A program made the position numbers and the translations under genes. From Polyangiales bacterium (GTDB lineage: Bacteria > Myxococcota_A > Polyangia > Polyangiales > Houyiibacteriaceae), in the NCBI GenBank assembly GCA_045106895.1, contig JBGCFM010000019.1, positions 1 to 20,992 on the forward strand: a stretch of DNA of 20,992 bases, read 5' to 3'. The notes below the pieces were generated by a model, which saw only the letters and a program-made list of their open reading frames with translations, did no database searches and was not told the DNA's origin. Within the stretch, counting starts at the first letter, position 1. Every line of letters starts with the position of its first letter. Of this stretch, positions 17,617 to 20,992 are shown in pieces.

Positions 17617-20119
17617 GGCGACACCAAGAGGTTTAGACGAGTGAGGACTCCGGTGACGGCGCGGTACCACATCCAATCGACGCGAACGCCATCGGCCTCG
17701 CGTTTTAGGTAGCCTCGGCTCAGCGCGAGGCGAATGGCGTCTCGCACGTCAGTCGGCGGAAGGTCGCTGCAATCGATGAGTTCTTCATCGCTCGCCCAAT
17801 CGAGCTGGAGCACGGTTCGTAATACGTAGCGAACGGTGCTCGCCAATGACTCGATCTCCGAGCCCTCGGGTTCGCGAAAGAGCCGAACCACGGTGTCGTC
17901 GTTGTGGACGAAGAGCGACTCTCGCCAGAACTGAATCGCCACGGCGGGGTTTCCGCCACTCACCTCCGCGAGCATCCGGAAGTAGGCTTCGTCCGGCGCG
18001 AGCTCACCGTCCGTCGCGTCGATCTGGCGAGGAAGTACCAGCTCGCCAAAGTTCGGCTTCACGCTCGCCAGTTCGGTGCGCTGGGAAAGCAGCGTCACGA
18101 TGTCGCTTTGCTCCCACTTCGGTAGATGGTGCACATAGTCGAAGACCGACTCGTTCCGCGCCCGAGAGACATACTGCCAAGCCCACTGGTCGAAGGCGAG
18201 GACCCAAACTCCTCCAACTTCGCGTGCCAGCTCGAGGATGCGGTCCACTTCATCGATGCCGCCGATTCGAGGACGCACGAGCTGATGGGCGTCGTCGATG
18301 AGCACCGTGAGCTTTCGATCTTTCGCCAAGTCGGACAGCTCCGCATCGGGCGCCTCAAGCTGCTGGCGGAGCTGCGCGAGGACGACGCCCACATCGCGCG
18401 GGCCCTTCAGAGCGACGACGGCACCGCCCGCCACATGGCCGAGGCGCGCGAGCTGCGTAGATTTGCCTCCGCCACGGGGTGCGACGACGACGGCGAGAGC
18501 CGGCCCGTCGAGGTCGCGGATCGCGTCGACACCAGCCTGCTCGACGGAGAGCACCTTCTCCGCAACGCGACCCGGATCGAGGCGACTGTAGATGAGCTTG
18601 TTGACGGGCTTTCGGCTGCCTACGTCTTCGGTGGCACGTCGAGCCACTTGTCGCCGCAAGAGATGCGAGCGCAGGGCCTTCGTGCCATCGAGGCGAGACG
18701 CTATTCCGACGCCGAATCGCATGAGTCCCAGCCACGTGATGTAGCCGCCAACGATCGTGGTCCAGAAGAGGTTGTGGGGGCGGCCGCGTGTGCGGTTGGC
18801 GAAGGCGTCATCGCTAGGTCGTTGTTCGAGGGCTGCCCAGAAATGAGGACGCCACCAGCGCACCAGGACAATGATGACGGGGATGACCAAGACCCAGCAC
18901 AAGGTAATGGCCCAACCGAAGATGGCGCCGCGTCCAACCAAGATTCGAGTCCAACCGAGAACCAGGCCGACCGCCGCGACCACCAAGCCCGCCAGGCGGA
19001 GCGAGCGAAGCCGAAGGATATCGGTGGGGCGCTCCCGGCCATTTCGTCTCGCGGCGACGGCGTCCGTCACGGCGATGACGATGCGAGCACCGAGGATCCA
19101 AAGGCATGCTGTAAAGATGAGTTCGGAGCCCGGCACATCCGCAAACGGACCCCAGCGCAAGAGGACCCAAGCAAGGATCAACCACTCGAGGGGCGAGCGA
19201 ATACGGCGGAGGTAGTAAGACGCCCGTGCGACCCAAGAAGAATCAGACTGTTCGGACTCGGCGAGCATCGCGTCGGCGCGACGACGCCAAGCTCGGAAGA
19301 GAAAGAGCAAGATGAGAACCTTGAACACGCCAAAGATCAGCGGCATGGGCGAGGTGGTGAGGTCCCCCACGATCGTCGCGACACGGGCTTCGATGGTCGA
19401 CGCGCCATAGCGCGCGGCGAGGTTGATTTGAGACGCCTCGGCTTGAGCTTGGCGTACGCCATCGGCGCCGAACCCTCGAACACGTGAGCGCAGCTCTGGG
19501 CCGGCGAGGTCGAGAAGTCGCAGCCGGCCGTCGTTCAAGGAACCGAGGTCGTTTGAGAGCTGTTCCGCGTGCTCCGCTCGCTGACGATTCTCAATCGTGA
19601 GAATCTCACTCGCTGATTCGCTGAGTTCGTCTCGGAGTGCGTCCACGCCCTCCCGGCCATCGTCCAGCTCCGCGACGGGGTCGTCGCCGGGCCGGGGAAC
19701 CGCGGAATCTTCACGCAGCTCCCTCAGTGCGCTGTAGAGACGCGCGCGAATGTCTCGGAGGAGCGTGGTGGTGCGCGTGTAGAGGCGCTCCGCTTCTGCG
19801 GACTTGTCGCCGTCGAGGACCGAGCGAGCATCGAGTGCCTCGATGCGGGCGAGCAACTCCTCAACTTCCGTCTGCTCCTCCGCGCGCTGCTGTCGTGAGC
19901 GCTCGAGGACCAATCGAAAGGTGTCTTGTTCCGTCCGAACACCGAGCAAACGCGCTCGCTCTTCGGCGAGTCGGCGTTCGGCTTCGCTGGCGGCGAGGCG
20001 AGCGTTGTCGAGGGCGGCTTCTCGTTTTCTTGGGCGGTAGCCCGCGTAGGACCCAACCCAAGTATCGAGACACTCAGGAAGACAGCAGCGTAAAGCGACC
20101 GTCCGAATCGGTTAGACAT
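17613..20119 (-). pseudogene. Membrane-bound AAA+/P-loop ATPase, frameshifted near 20020-20030
   Basis: Signal-peptide frame from ATG 20119 (MSNRFGRSLYAAVFLSVSILGLGPTRATAQENE) must shift -1 into REAALDNARLAASEAERRLAEERARLLGVRTEQ. It continues with coiled coil, about six TM segments, Walker A APRGGGKST, Walker B VLIDD, SGGNP and a winged-helix-like C-terminus. Could be a sequencing error, or expressed from TTG 19949. Confidence 0.7.
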
Positions 20120-20628
20120 GGCTTTGGCAGCGTACCCCAAAGACTAGTGATATCCCTCGCCCTCTTCCGAGTTCTCAGGCGGCGAGGGGAGTTCCCAACG
20201 CCGAGGCGTACAGCCTTCGTTCCGGGCCGAACCGAGGGAGGCGGGCCCATTCTTGTCGATGGGTATTCAGGCGTAGGCCAAAGGCCACGCCCTCGTTTGA
20301 ACAGTAAGATCAACGGGCGTCGCGCTACGTAGCTTTAGCCACAACGCGCGGTCCTAAGCGTCCCTCCGGCGCTTCGTCGTCGCCGCTCGCTGACGAGTTC
20401 ATCCGAACTTCGACGCAAGCCTCCGCTCGTCAATTTGCGGTGCCGTCGCTTTCGTTCGATGGATCGCCAAAGGGGGATCCCGCCATCATAGAATGCGGGA
20501 CGAGGGTGTAGGCTCTCTTAAGCTTGGGCAGAGAGCTCCAGCTCCAAAAGCAGAGCCCAATCCTCAATGACGAACGAAGTCGGTGTAACGTCCACGCACC
20601 TTCGCACCCAAGCCCTGATCGACACTCC

Positions 20629-20992
20629 ATGCTGCGCTACTCACTCTTCGCTTTCCTTCTCGCATGCGGCGGCACCCAATGCGGAAGCCGCACCGCCACC
20701 GCGCCCTCGCAAGAGCCGGAGCCCGCCGAGCAAACCGAGCAGCAGAGTGAGGCCGCCGCCACGCCGGTTCAAGCGGTTCATGAGTGGGGCCTGGTGAGTG
20801 TTCGCTCCGGAAGCTTCGAGCTCGCCGCAGGCCCCGGGCAACGAGCGCCCTCGCAGAACATGGAGCTCACCATCGACAAGCCCGTGCTCTACGTGCACGC
20901 GGGCGCACCCACCTCGCTTCACGTCGAGGTCGTGCCCGGCGAAGGCATGAGCGTCGCCGAGCACTACCCGCCCGTTGAGGGAGCACTCACTT
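20629..20992 (+). CDS. Lipoprotein of unknown function (HEWG...KPVLY type), runs off the window
   Basis: Not in the ORF track; open from ATG 20629: MLRYSLFAFLLACGGTQC...AVHEWGLV...IDKPVLYVH...VAEHYP; lipobox LLAC. Confidence 0.8.
   Translation, partial: MLRYSLFAFLLACGGTQCGSRTATAPSQEPEPAEQTEQQSEAAATPVQAVHEWGLVSVRSGSFELAAGPGQRAPSQNMELTIDKPVLYVHAGAPTSLHVEVVPGEGMSVAEHYPPVEGALT

Noticed and set aside
3894..19487. Long alternative ORFs such as 3894-5465, 6945-8081, 7256-8803, 8698-9846, 10093-11517, 15413-16681 and 18126-19487
   Set aside because: Motif-free, often Arg-rich off-frame or antisense ORFs overlapping well-supported genes, as expected at high GC.
20120..20280. c-di-AMP (ydaO) riboswitch upstream of the MscS operon
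   Set aside because: Only scattered words (CTGAAT, GGGAAC, TTTGGGGT) resemble it; the conserved 3' GTCAGCTAAC element is absent.

Overview
GC-rich bacterial DNA, very likely myxobacterial (Polyangiales/Sandaracinus-like), judged from a MYXO-CTERM protein, Cys-rich repeats, lipoproteins with Asp-Ala-Gly linkers and two sigma54 activators. Left to right it contains: a partial GAF-sigma54 activator; a decayed patch holding a low-GC YwqK-like/LRR orphan immunity-type gene; a YeeE/YedE x2 + SulP sulfur-transport operon behind a clear sigma54 promoter; a BrnT-HTH toxin-antitoxin pair whose toxin looks internally deleted; a second sigma54 activator; a divergent prophage-free cluster (diheme cytochrome c lipoprotein, FG-GAP/Cys-rich MYXO-CTERM surface protein and GNAT on the minus strand; phage tail-collar protein and Tat NHL lipoprotein on the plus strand); an RTX-esterase and a zinc-metalloprotease lipoprotein; MscS coupled to a frameshifted membrane AAA+ ATPase; and the start of a lipoprotein of unknown function. 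The best candidates for an undescribed system are the tail-collar/GNAT/NHL/surface-protein module and the membrane ATPase-MscS pair. All family calls come from motif recognition by eye; no searches were run.
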